Shown here: one piece after another, positions 19,772 through 30,402 of the stretch
Layout: every line of letters begins with the position of its first letter
Position numbering within the stretch: position 1 is the first letter of the stretch
From: an uncultured Verrucomicrobiae bacterium
Lineage (GTDB): Bacteria; Verrucomicrobiota; Verrucomicrobiia; Limisphaerales; Palsa-1400
Assembly (NCBI GenBank): GCA_963764165.1
Contig: CAVXRD010000002.1
Location: 2,656,001-2,720,000, forward strand
Direction of reading: 5' to 3'
DNA length: 64,000 bases
Program-made: the position numbers and the translations under genes
Notes under the pieces: model-generated
The model's input: the letters and a program-made list of their open reading frames with translations, nothing else
Databases searched by the model: none
What the model was told of the DNA's origin: nothing

Positions 19772-20968
19772 TCAACCGCATCGTTCTAACATGTTGGCAA
19801 TCATGTCGCAAGTGGCGTTCATGTGAAACCGCGCGCGCGCGAAGTTCAAGGCGGCTTCGCCCCGGCGCGCGCATTCGGCGCGGTCAGACGCCTGTTTTAC
19901 CGCCTCGAGCAATGCCACCTCGTCATTTTGTTCGACAACCCAGCCTCCCCCGGATTGCATAATCCATTCCGCGGTTTCACACTTTGTGCCCCCGACATAG
20001 AGCACCGGGCGGCCGACCGCAAAACTCCCCTGCAGCTTGCTCGGAACAATCGTGCCTTGCCAATTGGCGTCGAGGCTTACCAGATGCACATCGGCGGAGC
20101 ACAGGTGCGCGCGCAGCTTGGCCGCTGGAACGTAACCCAGCATCTCGATGTTCGCGCCAGGATGGGATTTCGCGAACGATTCCACTTCGCTCCGGCGTTT
20201 CCCGCCACCGCTGAAAACCCAGCGGGGGCCGGATGAACCGAGGTGCGCCGCCGCGGCGAGGAACTCGCCAAAGCGATGTCCCAGCCCCATATTTCCTGAA
20301 TAAAGAAAAATCGTCTCGCGATTCGCCCATCGGCGCTCGGCGCGCAACGCATCCACCGCTTCTGGAGCAGCCGGACCGAGGCTTGGGTCACTCCAAAGTG
20401 GCGCCCATTGAACCGCTGGAGCATACAACGACACGCGTTCCGCCATGCGCGGCCCCAAGGCAAGCACCAGCTTTGCGTTCCTGAGTTGAGCCTTCGTCAT
20501 CTGTTGGAGAAATCGGTAAAGCAGCGATTTATTCGAAGTCATTCCGTGAGAAGCCATCACGTCTGGATACAGGTCCATAATCCAATGAGCATGGCCGCAC
20601 CGCCGTGTCCAAGCCGCGAACCTGGCCAGGACTCCAGCGTAGGGTGGCGTTGTCAATGAGAGGATTAAATCCGGCTTGAATTTATCCAATGTTACCGCGC
20701 CGGCTAAAGACGTGTAGAATGTGGCGTAATCGCTCATTTTTCCAACGAAGTTCTTTCTCCCCAAGCCAGTGGCGAACAGCCGCCGCACTTCCACACCATC
20801 CCGGACCTCCCGCGGCGCAAAAGATTGCGTCCCGTCATACGAATTTCGGGAGCACAGAACTTTGATCGCATGGCCGCGCTTGGCGAGCGATTTTGCCAGA
20901 TCATGAAGGTAGACGCCGGTCGGCGCGACGTCCGGGGGATAAAATTGATTTATGAAAAGCAGGCGCAT
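19772..20968 (-). CDS. Glycosyltransferase family 4 (WcaI-like)
   Basis: INQFYPPD, MDLYPD, YSGNMGLGH, VPSKLQG. Confidence 0.9.
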   Translation of the reverse strand: MRLLFINQFYPPDVAPTGVYLHDLAKSLAKRGHAIKVLCSRNSYDGTQSFAPREVRDGVEVRRLFATGLGRKNFVGKMSDYATFYTSLAGAVTLDKFKPDLILSLTTPPYAGVLARFAAWTRRCGHAHWIMDLYPDVMASHGMTSNKSLLYRFLQQMTKAQLRNAKLVLALGPRMAERVSLYAPAVQWAPLWSDPSLGPAAPEAVDALRAERRWANRETIFLYSGNMGLGHRFGEFLAAAAHLGSSGPRWVFSGGGKRRSEVESFAKSHPGANIEMLGYVPAAKLRAHLCSADVHLVSLDANWQGTIVPSKLQGSFAVGRPVLYVGGTKCETAEWIMQSGGGWVVEQNDEVALLEAVKQASDRAECARRGEAALNFARARFHMNATCDMIANMLERCG

Positions 20969-21020
20969 GCATGACGAACAGCTTAAAATTCACGCAAAGG
21001 AATCCGAGTGGTCATTTCGA

Positions 21021-22661
21021 CTAAAGCCGAGCTTGTGCCGCCGGCTGCTTGACTACAATGAATTTCTCCAATTCACGCTTGAGGGCCAATTCCGCCTGGT
21101 CCGCGTCGGGGCATCCTTGGATCATGAATTCAATGACCTTTTGCCCATGTTTTCCACGCCCGTTCCAGATGGCGCGAATCAAATTGAAACGCGCGGAGTC
21201 CTGCGCCACATACTTATCGTCGTCAACGCCAGCCTCCCAGCGGCAATGGTAAACATACATCGGCCCGAGGGCTGTTTTGAAAAGATAACTGCGCACAGGA
21301 AGCACAATGCCTTTGACGCGCACAAGCGAAAGGGTCGGCCCCGATACCAGGCGATTGCCGACCGCTGTCATGCAAATCTCGGGCGTGTGCCGCTTGGCAA
21401 GGTAGCCGGCCACGCGGCCTGCGTCCCAATTAAAATAAAAGCCGTTCCAGTAATTCCCATCGGAGTCCTTCCACTCTCCTTGCTCTCCGTCGTCGAATTG
21501 CAGGAGTTTGCGGGTTTTATCTGTCATCGCAATCTCCTTGAAGGTTGGGTTATCCTTCGGAAAATTGAGGCTCCAATCGGGGCCCGGCTTGATGCGCGCC
21601 TCACGGCTCCGGAACCATGTTTCCACTCCCACATCCGCCATGGCAATCCAAATGCAAACAGCGCAGGAGGCGAAAATAAATTGCCGGGAGCCCACTCCGG
21701 GAATCGGCTCAGGGCTGGACGCGCACTCCGGTGCCGCCTCAAGTTTTTTTCGCGACATAAGCCATGCCAGCAGCCACAGCATAGCCGTGCAGACGAACGT
21801 AATGCTCAACCCTGCCTCGTCATGATATTCGCCGACCGCCGAGACCCCCTTTTTCGCCGCCGCGACAGTGAGGATCGTCACGCGGCCAATATTGCACGCC
21901 ATCGCGACGGCGAATCCAAACGGAACGAGCAACAGCCTGCGCAAGACTTTCATGCGGTAGTATTCGCCGAAGAAGAGGGAAATCATGAAGCTGGTTTGGA
22001 AAGAGCGGATGCCGCTGCAAGCCTCCTCGACTCCAACCATCCCTTTGCCAACTTCAATGACGTTTCCGTGCTGCAACGCTGGAATGCTGATGCACCCCAT
22101 CAATTCCACCACCACTCGCGACGTCAAGCTGGTCAATCCCTGGATCAGGGGACCTTCAATCATCGACACCCATGGCACGGCCACCAGAAAGAAGCCAATC
22201 GGGAAGGCGAGTTCCTTCAGCCATTTTGGACCCATGAGAAGATAAATCGCGCAGAGAGTCAGCCCGACTGATTCCACTCCAAGCATCCACTGGATGGGGC
22301 GCCACTCAGGCGTCGCGCCTTGAATCAGGTGCGTGGGCAGGTATAAAAACGCCAGCAATAATCCAGGCGCAAGAACTGGAAAAGACATCCTCTGTTGGAT
22401 GCGCGGGCAGCCGGCATTGATCATCTGAACGCGGCGGAGAATCAGGCCCGCGCACAGAATCGGGACGACCCACCCGTAGCTGTATTGCGGATTCGTGCTC
22501 CACTCTGGCGCGACGCTGTCGATAAACTGATACCACAAAAAGCTGATCGGAAGAAAGGTGACAATCCAAATGAAGAGGGAATTTCCGCTCGCTTTCGGTG
22601 TGTCGCCGCTCGAAACGCCGCGGGCCGCGGTCAAATTTTGGGGGGCACTCATGAAATTCAA
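21021..22661 (-). CDS. xrt: Exosortase fused to a C-terminal EpsI-like domain
   Basis: WSTNPQYSYGW; VEEACSGIRS (Cys), CNIGRV (Arg), YHD (His); C-terminal HTPEIC. Confidence 0.92.
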   Translation of the reverse strand: MNFMSAPQNLTAARGVSSGDTPKASGNSLFIWIVTFLPISFLWYQFIDSVAPEWSTNPQYSYGWVVPILCAGLILRRVQMINAGCPRIQQRMSFPVLAPGLLLAFLYLPTHLIQGATPEWRPIQWMLGVESVGLTLCAIYLLMGPKWLKELAFPIGFFLVAVPWVSMIEGPLIQGLTSLTSRVVVELMGCISIPALQHGNVIEVGKGMVGVEEACSGIRSFQTSFMISLFFGEYYRMKVLRRLLLVPFGFAVAMACNIGRVTILTVAAAKKGVSAVGEYHDEAGLSITFVCTAMLWLLAWLMSRKKLEAAPECASSPEPIPGVGSRQFIFASCAVCIWIAMADVGVETWFRSREARIKPGPDWSLNFPKDNPTFKEIAMTDKTRKLLQFDDGEQGEWKDSDGNYWNGFYFNWDAGRVAGYLAKRHTPEICMTAVGNRLVSGPTLSLVRVKGIVLPVRSYLFKTALGPMYVYHCRWEAGVDDDKYVAQDSARFNLIRAIWNGRGKHGQKVIEFMIQGCPDADQAELALKRELEKFIVVKQPAAQARL

Positions 22662-23230
22662 TTGGCCAGAGCCGGACTGCGCTCAACAAGGTCACGGCGG
22701 CGAACAAAGACTGCCGGATTGCCCTGGCAGATGGCCCAGGGTTCGAGATCCTTGGTGGCAACGGAGCCGGCCGTCAACACGGCGTGTGTTCCGACATTGA
22801 CACCCGGCGCGACCCAGCTTCCCGCCCCCAGCCACGCGCCTTCCTGAACTGTTATCGGGCGCACGATCAGATCAAATGCGGGCTGTTTGTAGTCATGGCT
22901 TCCAGTGCAGAGGAAGGCCCGCTGGGAAATGCACACGTGGCTTCCAATGGTGATGCTGCCGAGGTTCAACAACCAGCATTCCTCGCCAAGCCAGACGTGA
23001 TCGCCAACCCGGAGCTTCCACGGAAATGTTATTTTGACGCGAGGCTTGATCACGACTCCCTTGCCGATCTCTCCGCCAAAGGCGCGCAGAACAGCGCATT
23101 TCAGCGCGGAAAGACTTACGGGGCACAACTCGAACAGAACAAAACTGCATAGCAGCCAGGCGGTTTCCTTCAACCTGCCAGCGCCGCGGTCAAATTGCGG
23201 ATTTGAAAACTTGGAAAGGTCTACTGGCAT
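22658..23230 (-). CDS. wcaF: WcaF-like hexapeptide-repeat acetyltransferase
   Basis: MPVDLSKF start; FPWKLRVGDHVWLGE, ISQRAFLCTGSHDY, GNPA. Confidence 0.85.
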   Translation of the reverse strand: MPVDLSKFSNPQFDRGAGRLKETAWLLCSFVLFELCPVSLSALKCAVLRAFGGEIGKGVVIKPRVKITFPWKLRVGDHVWLGEECWLLNLGSITIGSHVCISQRAFLCTGSHDYKQPAFDLIVRPITVQEGAWLGAGSWVAPGVNVGTHAVLTAGSVATKDLEPWAICQGNPAVFVRRRDLVERSPALAN

Positions 23231-24405
23231 TGGACAAAATCTGGCGCTGGCGAGCTTCCAAGCAGCCATTCGTAAACATTGCCCAAACGATCCACGATGC
23301 GGCTCCACGTGTATTCGCGCGCGATCAAATCACGCCCATGGCCGCCCATCTCGCGCCGTTCGGCATCCGTCATGGCCAGCAAGCAGCGCACCCCGATTTC
23401 ACAATCGGTGGCATTGGGCGCGAATTCGATGGCCGCATGCGCGGCTTTCAACTCGGGAAAATTGCATGCCGAGGTCATCAGCACCGGCAATCCGCAGGCG
23501 GCGGCTTCCAAAACCGCGACGCTGAACCCTTCGCTCAATGAAGGCAGAACAAAGGCATCCGCGCCCGCCAGCGTTTTCATCTTCATTTCGCCAAACACCG
23601 GCCCGAGAAATTTCACCGATGGCGCCACCCCGAGCTCCTCCGCCAGCAACTCCATTTCGTGGCGATGCCCCCCTTGGTCATTGCCGCCGATGATCAGCAT
23701 CCACTGAGGGTATTGCGCCGAGACCCGGCTCCACGCCCGGATCAAGTGAGGGAGCCCTTTCTTTGGATGAATTCTGGAAAGAAAGAGCAAGCGCTTCCGT
23801 CCATTCAATTCAGGAAAACTGGATTCAATCGCGTTGCGACCCGGCAGCGAAGCGTACTCTTCCATCGCAATTCCGTTCGGCACGATCGCGATTGGATTTT
23901 TCAGCCCATAGTCGCGAATCTGGCGGGCTTCGGCATCGCACAAGGCCAGGATGCAGTCTGCGGCGCGCAGATTTCCGTCTTCAAAAAGCCGGGCGGCGAT
24001 GCGCTTCTTCCAGCCGGAATTTTTTAGCGCCCAAGGCTCGAGCATTCCGTGAGGCGACACGACCAGCGGCGAGGAAGTGCGCTGGGCCAGGCTGCGCGCC
24101 AGGCGTCCCGGATACATCCACAAGCCGTGGCTGTGGATGACCCCTCCTTGAACGGCATTCTGGACCAGCTTCCCGCGCAGGGATGGGGAAAAACCAAATG
24201 CGCGCGGCCCCACGATGCCGCCAGTAAAATAGGGAACGCCCCAGCCCTCGCAATCTCCCTGGACAAATTCATCGCTCAAGCCGGCGACAGACGAAGGCAC
24301 CCCGCGGCGCTTCAACTCGCGCGCCTGAGACCAGACCACAGGGGGAATCCCGCCTCCCGCGCGCGAAATCCAGGAAGTCAAATGCAGAACGTTTTGCACC
24401 CGCAT
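23221..24405 (-). CDS. Glycosyltransferase family 4
   Basis: HSHGLW, SPHGMLEPW, LSRIHPKKGL, SEGFSVAVLEA. Confidence 0.92.
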   Translation of the reverse strand: MRVQNVLHLTSWISRAGGGIPPVVWSQARELKRRGVPSSVAGLSDEFVQGDCEGWGVPYFTGGIVGPRAFGFSPSLRGKLVQNAVQGGVIHSHGLWMYPGRLARSLAQRTSSPLVVSPHGMLEPWALKNSGWKKRIAARLFEDGNLRAADCILALCDAEARQIRDYGLKNPIAIVPNGIAMEEYASLPGRNAIESSFPELNGRKRLLFLSRIHPKKGLPHLIRAWSRVSAQYPQWMLIIGGNDQGGHRHEMELLAEELGVAPSVKFLGPVFGEMKMKTLAGADAFVLPSLSEGFSVAVLEAAACGLPVLMTSACNFPELKAAHAAIEFAPNATDCEIGVRCLLAMTDAERREMGGHGRDLIAREYTWSRIVDRLGNVYEWLLGSSPAPDFVQCQ

Positions 24406-24413
24406 AGCCGCTC

Positions 24414-25685
24414 TTAGCCGGGGCTCCGCATCGACAATGCCTTTAGCAATGCCCTGTCCACCGGGTTCGACCGGCGAAGGGGCGCGCTTTTGGCGGCCTC
24501 CATCGCCGTGCGCATCCCTTGCGCGAATTGGCCGGGCCCCCACGCAGCGATAATTTTCTGGCTGGCTTTTCCCATCTCGTCCAGAGCCGGAGGCGCCAGC
24601 GAGCTTAGCTTCGTCATAAGTTCCGCTGCGCGCCCAACATCAAATGGATCGAAGGTGAATCCGTTGCGCCCTTCGCGGACCAAGTCCGAGGCGCAGCCGC
24701 ATTTCTCAGACACCAGGACGGGAAGGCCCGAGGCCATCGCTTCGTTGACGACCAAGCCCCATTGCTCCACGGTGCTCGGATGAACAAATGCGCTGGCGAG
24801 CCCATAGTAAGTTGGCAGTTCGTGGTACTGCTTGAAGCCCGGAAAATGAACGGCATGGGTCAATCCCAATGATGCCACCGCTTGCTTCAATTCGTTATTG
24901 AGCGGGCCGTCCCCGAGGATCACCAAATCCCAAGCCTGTGAGGCTGGCGGCGCCGATTGGCGGCATTGCGCGAATGCTTGCAGCAAACGTGGAGCGTTCT
25001 TCTTCTCGACAAAGCGCATTGAGGCGAGAAAGAACTTTTCCGGCAGGCCGAGACTTTTCCTCAAGTCCCGCTCTTGCCGCCGCGCTTCCGCGGCGCCTCG
25101 CGAAAAATACTCATTGTCCACCGCATCGTAGCCGAGGGCAATGCTTCCGCGAGGCATTCCGAGCGCCGCCAGATAATCCGCATGAGGCGCTCCGCCAGCC
25201 AGCGCTGCTGAACACAGTCCCACCGTCCGGGACTTGGCCCACTCTTTCCACCAAGTGCGCCTGCCGTCCCATTGAGTGCTCTCGGACATCACTACGGCCG
25301 GCACGCCTGACTCCACGCACCAGTCGAGCGCGGCCAGGGCGCCAGCGTCCGCCCAGCCCGGAATCGCCACCACCTCGGGCTGGCAGGAACACAACGTTTG
25401 CCGCATCCGTTCGGCTATCATTCGGGCGGTGGGAGCGATCTCGTGTGATTCGAACAGCGTCAGCCGCTCAAAACTGTCACTTCCTGAAACCAAGTCCCAA
25501 GCGTAAGTGCTGTCGGTGCGGCACAATTCGATGGCCATCAGCCCGGAAATCAAACGACCGGCGGCCCGTAATCTGGCGAAGTGGTATGGGCCGATGCGAT
25601 GAAAAATCACCGCCAAGGCTGGCGAAGCTTTTTTCCCGCGCGCGGGCTCCCTTTGTGGCGCCGTTTGTCTGGCATAGGCTGTCAT
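24414..25685 (-). CDS. Glycosyltransferase family 4
   Basis: GPYHFARL, RFVEKKN, EQWGLVVNEAMASGLPVL. Confidence 0.92.
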   Translation of the reverse strand: MTAYARQTAPQREPARGKKASPALAVIFHRIGPYHFARLRAAGRLISGLMAIELCRTDSTYAWDLVSGSDSFERLTLFESHEIAPTARMIAERMRQTLCSCQPEVVAIPGWADAGALAALDWCVESGVPAVVMSESTQWDGRRTWWKEWAKSRTVGLCSAALAGGAPHADYLAALGMPRGSIALGYDAVDNEYFSRGAAEARRQERDLRKSLGLPEKFFLASMRFVEKKNAPRLLQAFAQCRQSAPPASQAWDLVILGDGPLNNELKQAVASLGLTHAVHFPGFKQYHELPTYYGLASAFVHPSTVEQWGLVVNEAMASGLPVLVSEKCGCASDLVREGRNGFTFDPFDVGRAAELMTKLSSLAPPALDEMGKASQKIIAAWGPGQFAQGMRTAMEAAKSAPLRRSNPVDRALLKALSMRSPG

Positions 25686-25687
25686 GC

Positions 25688-27178
25688 TCAGCGCCTGAAG
25701 ATTGGACGGCGTTGAATTGGCCTCAATCCGGAGAATTTTCGCGCTTGCGCCGGCCGCCAGTCAGAAGAATCGTCGGGCGCGGACGAACGGGACGGCGCGG
25801 GCGGAGGCAAGGCATGGCCGGGTTTGTGTTGAGACCGCGTCATCCACCAAGTCATGGCCAAGCCGAACAAAAACGGATAAATGGTGAGCAAGGTAATGTC
25901 GCGTCCGAGATTAAAAGTCAGGATCAATCCCATGGAATAAAGAGAGACGCGCCCCAGCTCTTCCAAGTGCAAGTCCATTCGCGCCAGCATGGCCACCCAA
26001 ACGGACATGAGCAGAGCCGCCGCCGCGGGCCCCAGGATCGTCCCGAAATTGACGACACCTTGCCCGATCAGGCCAGTTGAAATGGTGGCATGAACCCCAG
26101 CCGCATCGTCCTCCCCGCCGCCCTGGCCGCGCGCAATCGCATAGTCAATTCCAATTTCCGGCTTGCCGTGCCAGAGGGCTCGAGGGACGAAATTGACCGC
26201 TTCGGCGAAATACCGTGCGCCCAAAGTGGGATTGTAGGTGCCGTCTTTCATGAAGGTGTTAATCCAGCACAATTCCTCGTACATGTTCAGGCCTTCGTGC
26301 TTGGCTTTTTCAGTCTCGGCCAGATCAAGCCCGTTGCCATGCAGGGCCTCCGTGACGGAGGTATGGGAACGGTTTGCAATGACAAATTTCATCCACGCAT
26401 TCACCGTAAGAAAGCAAAGCGCAAGCACGCCAAGGCGCTTCAACATCGAACCGCGCAGGCGGAAGAAAATCCAGCACAGCACGGCGGGAATCACCACAGC
26501 GAGCATGAAGTTGCGCGTGCGGCCAAAAATATAATACGGCCACGAAAGCAGGCAGAACACCAAGGCCATGCGCCGGACCGCCGGTTTTTGGGCTGTCGCC
26601 GCGACCACTCCGAAGGTCGAGGCGACAAGCAATTGCAGATAAGCTGCCAGCGATAAGATTGCGTCCAATCCGTGCCCAATCCGGTCACGTTCCCACGGCT
26701 CGGCAACAAACCCAAGAAAAGGGAAAAAGTAAAAGACGATTAACTCTTTGAGGCGGATTACCGCGACCACAGTCAATACCACCCACACCACCACGCAGCC
26801 GCCATACAGAACATTCATTTGCTTCTGGAACGCCGGCTGGCCAACGCCGTTCCGAAAGATAAACAGCACTCCACTGCCGCAGGGAATGTCCCGCCCGTTC
26901 AGCCGGCGGTGAACAGCAGGAGCCGCCGCCAGAAACACGATCAGAAACACCGCAACCTGGCACCATGCATTCGAGAGCGTAGCCGGATCGAAATCGACCA
27001 TGTACTGGCCAGCGTAGTCGTTATAAAAGGCGTCCCCCACGTACCATACGCACACCGTCGCCAGAACAGCCGCCATGGGCAGCCCAATGCCATCGCGCAT
27101 CCTGCCAGCGCAAAAGGCAAGGCCCCCGAGCAACAGGGCGATCACCACCCAAAACGACAGCGGAAAAATTGAAAACAT
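25688..27178 (-). CDS. Polytopic membrane protein, probable Wzy-type polysaccharide polymerase
   Basis: Many TM segments with a large loop NFVPRALWHGKP; directly after wzc. Confidence 0.7.
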   Translation of the reverse strand: MFSIFPLSFWVVIALLLGGLAFCAGRMRDGIGLPMAAVLATVCVWYVGDAFYNDYAGQYMVDFDPATLSNAWCQVAVFLIVFLAAAPAVHRRLNGRDIPCGSGVLFIFRNGVGQPAFQKQMNVLYGGCVVVWVVLTVVAVIRLKELIVFYFFPFLGFVAEPWERDRIGHGLDAILSLAAYLQLLVASTFGVVAATAQKPAVRRMALVFCLLSWPYYIFGRTRNFMLAVVIPAVLCWIFFRLRGSMLKRLGVLALCFLTVNAWMKFVIANRSHTSVTEALHGNGLDLAETEKAKHEGLNMYEELCWINTFMKDGTYNPTLGARYFAEAVNFVPRALWHGKPEIGIDYAIARGQGGGEDDAAGVHATISTGLIGQGVVNFGTILGPAAAALLMSVWVAMLARMDLHLEELGRVSLYSMGLILTFNLGRDITLLTIYPFLFGLAMTWWMTRSQHKPGHALPPPAPSRSSAPDDSSDWRPAQARKFSGLRPIQRRPIFRR

Positions 27179-27410
27179 TTTCTAGCAACAACCAGACCAG
27201 CAGGCGCCCACGCGCTGGAATCTTGACCCGCGCAGCTTTTACGATGGCCCGGATTCGGGCACACTCCGTGCCCGTCAGTTCGCAGGCGCGTCCCCGCTTG
27301 GCGCAAATCCAAGCGCGTCATCCCCATTTTCTTGAAAAAACGAAGACGCGAACGATCTCGGGGCATCCGCGGAAACGATCCGCTCAGGCACACGCGCCCA
27401 TTATTGCCTG

Positions 27411-29609
27411 CTACTCTGCCTCAGCATTATTGCTGGCCTGATAGTCTTCGTGCTTGTAGTAGTAGTACGAGCGGTTCTCGGCGTCCGCGCCATTGAACAC
27501 AAGCCCGATAACCTTGACTTGCCGTTGAGCAAGCAGATCCAGGGCTTCTTTCACCACACCCGCCGAAGAAAAGCGGTTTCGAACGACGAAAAGTGTGGCA
27601 TCCGCCTGAGGAGCCAGTGTCGGCGAATCATCCGCGGCAAACACAGGACTCGTGTCCACAAGCACATAATCGAATTCCTCCCGGAATTTGGCAAAAGCAA
27701 CACTGAGTGTTGGGCCAATAAAAAGATCGCCGGGGTTTGAGGTGGGATTGCCATGGGAAATGAAGTAAAAGGAGGAGAAACCGTCGCGCTGGAGAACTTC
27801 ATTAAACTCCGCTTTTCCTTCCAGGTATTCCGCAAAGCCCGGGCCGGAGCGCATCGAGAGCACCTTGTGCAGATAGCCTTTTCGAAAATCCGCATCGACA
27901 AGCAAAACGCGTGAACCGCCCTGAGCCAGAGTTCGCGCGAGATTTGAAACTACAGTTGACTTTCCTTCTCCTGGTATCGCACTTGTGACAACCAATATTT
28001 TCGGACGCTTCTCCTCCGCTGGCATGAAAAATATCGCAGAGCGAAGATTCCGGTACGATTCGGCGGACATATGACTGGCGTCCTTGAAGACCTCCATGCC
28101 GCCGGATGGGCCTTTAAGAAGCGGCACCTCAGGCACCTGCCCCACGATCACGTCGCCGAAGCGATCATTTACCTCGGAAATTGAATTAAATCGGTCGTCC
28201 CTGATGGTGATCAAATAAACCAGGCCAAAGCCGACCGCCAATCCCGCAAAAACTGAGATCTGAATCGCAAGAATCTCTTTGGCCAGACTCCGCCTGGCCA
28301 AAGAGGCCGATCCAAGCACGGACATCGTGTCTTGTTCAATGTTCCGGCTTATATCCACATTTTGCAGCATTTGCGTCAGGCGATCGTAAACGGTCTGTGT
28401 GCGAGCCACATCCAGTTTCAGCTTGTCCGCCTCAGCAACACGCCGATTGGCGTCTGTTACCTTTTGTTCCCATTCCTTGATCGAAGTGATTACGCTTGAA
28501 GCTTTGCTCTGGTTCGATCGAATAGAAGCCAAAAGCAGCCATTTTGCCGATTCGTAAGAGGCGTTCATCTGCTTGAGGTTCCGCGACCTCGCAAGCTCAA
28601 CAAGCTTTTCGTCGGTGGCAATCTGCTCATCGAGCTTCACAATCTTCGGGTGCTTCGGGCGCAGGTTCTTGCTTAGTTTTGCGCGCTGGAGCCTGAGCAT
28701 TTCAATTTCCTCCTCCGGAGACAACTGATTCGGAGCGCCCATCAGCGCCATGCGGGATCCCTCGAGGCCGCGGGAACCATTCGTGCTCGCAGCATCGTTT
28801 GTTGCGCTCGAGGCAGAGGCAGTGTTAGTGCGGGCAGCCTCTTCCATCACCTGTTTTTCGGAGGCGGCAAGCATTTCAGAGTCAAGACGGAGGTCGGACA
28901 ATTCCGTTTGCAGCTTGGCAAGGTAAGCTCCCGCCACCCTCCCCTCCTCTTCGAGAACCGCAAGATTATTGCTTTGTTCATAGCTTGTCAGCGCCGCCTG
29001 TTCTTGCTTCAGCTCGCTTTCCATTCTCAGCACTTGTTCCGAAATCGAGGCGAGCGTGTCTCCCGAGACGGTCTTGCGAATGTTCTTCTTGTAATCAAGG
29101 TACACATTCAAAAGAGCATCCAAATAGGCTTGGGAATAGGCGGGGATCGGGCTCGTCGCCTCGATCTGAAATATCTTGCTTTTGGGAACTTCCTTCACGC
29201 CGATTGCCACCACCGGCGGTCTGCCGTCTTTGCCAAGAGGAATGCTCTTTGGGTTGAGCGATTGTATGCGGGCCAGGGTTCTCTGGGCCATCTCTCCGCT
29301 GCGAAGCAATTCGATTTGGGTGCCAAGATAGGTGACGGAATTATCGTTAAATGAAGCCCCTCCCGGCAACGTGAGTTTTTCCGGCTCCCACATTGTCGCG
29401 GTTGATGTATATTGCGGTTCCACCCAGTGGAACGCGGCCCAGGCGCCGGCAAGGCCAAGAAGAAGCGTAATGGAAGGGATCCACCAATAGCGGCGGAGGA
29501 ACAGCACGTAACGGCCGAGTCTTCCACTGGATCCGGCGCCCGCCGCGGGCGGCTCTGGCGCTCGAACTGGATACCGATTGTCCTCGTAGGGAACTGGCGA
29601 GTAAGTCAC
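27411..29609 (-). CDS. wzc: Polysaccharide co-polymerase / BY-kinase
   Basis: Two TMs around a coiled coil; ESYRNLRS, Walker A GEGKS, DADFRK, C-terminal YYYY cluster. Confidence 0.93.
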   Translation of the reverse strand: MTYSPVPYEDNRYPVRAPEPPAAGAGSSGRLGRYVLFLRRYWWIPSITLLLGLAGAWAAFHWVEPQYTSTATMWEPEKLTLPGGASFNDNSVTYLGTQIELLRSGEMAQRTLARIQSLNPKSIPLGKDGRPPVVAIGVKEVPKSKIFQIEATSPIPAYSQAYLDALLNVYLDYKKNIRKTVSGDTLASISEQVLRMESELKQEQAALTSYEQSNNLAVLEEEGRVAGAYLAKLQTELSDLRLDSEMLAASEKQVMEEAARTNTASASSATNDAASTNGSRGLEGSRMALMGAPNQLSPEEEIEMLRLQRAKLSKNLRPKHPKIVKLDEQIATDEKLVELARSRNLKQMNASYESAKWLLLASIRSNQSKASSVITSIKEWEQKVTDANRRVAEADKLKLDVARTQTVYDRLTQMLQNVDISRNIEQDTMSVLGSASLARRSLAKEILAIQISVFAGLAVGFGLVYLITIRDDRFNSISEVNDRFGDVIVGQVPEVPLLKGPSGGMEVFKDASHMSAESYRNLRSAIFFMPAEEKRPKILVVTSAIPGEGKSTVVSNLARTLAQGGSRVLLVDADFRKGYLHKVLSMRSGPGFAEYLEGKAEFNEVLQRDGFSSFYFISHGNPTSNPGDLFIGPTLSVAFAKFREEFDYVLVDTSPVFAADDSPTLAPQADATLFVVRNRFSSAGVVKEALDLLAQRQVKVIGLVFNGADAENRSYYYYKHEDYQASNNAEAE

Positions 29610-29622
29610 AAATCTCCTTAGG

Positions 29623-30402
29623 TTAAAAGTGGACCAGCCGCTCCGGGATGAAAATCAAGTCGCCGTCCTGCAGCTGCAGATCCGCCGCCCGATCTCCCCG
29701 CTTGAGCACTTCTTCGACGTCCACGGTGAACACTTGGTCCTTTTCGCCTAGGTTGACTGGCTTGCGAGTCACTCGAACCTTTTTGCGATCAGCGTATTCG
29801 GTGAATCCGCCAGCCCGCAGAATGGCTTTGCTCAACGTAAGGGTCTCGTCGCTTGGAATATCCTGGCCGCCCGGCACACCCACAGGCCCGACGATGTAAA
29901 CTTTTCCCTGGGTCCGAGCCCACTGTTGCACGGCAACTATGACGGTGGCGTGGTAATAATAATCCTTCTCCAATTCGCCCTGGAGCGCGCGCGCCAATTC
30001 CTTGCAGGTCTTCCCCGTTGCGGCATAGAGTCCAATATAGGGAAGCTCGAGCTCCCCGGAATCATTGACTGTTAACTGCAATGACGGCTCGTCATCTTCC
30101 ACGATTCTAAAGCTTACCTTGTCGCCCTTGGTCAGCTTATACTTGTCGTCAAGCACCTCCATGTTATCAATTCGTCCGGTGGCCGCCGGCTTGGAGGCTT
30201 CGGTTTGCGGCGGGGCTGGCAGCCTCAAGGAGCCACCGATGTCATTCGTCTTGACCCGATTCGGGGGACTCCAATTTGTTCCATAATCGACCGTCATTGG
30301 CACATTGCCCTGGCCGCGCAACTGCCATGCCGGAAGAACGATCATCATCGCAAGGCAGATGACGCGCGAGATTATATTGCCATGTATGCGAGATTGTTTC
30401 AT
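29623..30402 (-). CDS. wza: Polysaccharide export protein (Poly_export plus SLBB)
   Basis: YKLTKGD, GELELPYIG, KAILRAGGFT, LQDGDLIFIPE. Confidence 0.88.
   Translation of the reverse strand: MKQSRIHGNIISRVICLAMMIVLPAWQLRGQGNVPMTVDYGTNWSPPNRVKTNDIGGSLRLPAPPQTEASKPAATGRIDNMEVLDDKYKLTKGDKVSFRIVEDDEPSLQLTVNDSGELELPYIGLYAATGKTCKELARALQGELEKDYYYHATVIVAVQQWARTQGKVYIVGPVGVPGGQDIPSDETLTLSKAILRAGGFTEYADRKKVRVTRKPVNLGEKDQVFTVDVEEVLKRGDRAADLQLQDGDLIFIPERLVHF

Noticed and set aside
20952..22271. 439-aa ORF on the + strand
   Set aside because: Antisense shadow of the exosortase gene with no recognisable motifs
27179..27410. Gap between wzc and the wzy-like gene considered as an ops/JUMPstart site
   Set aside because: No GGCGGTAG core found on the coding strand
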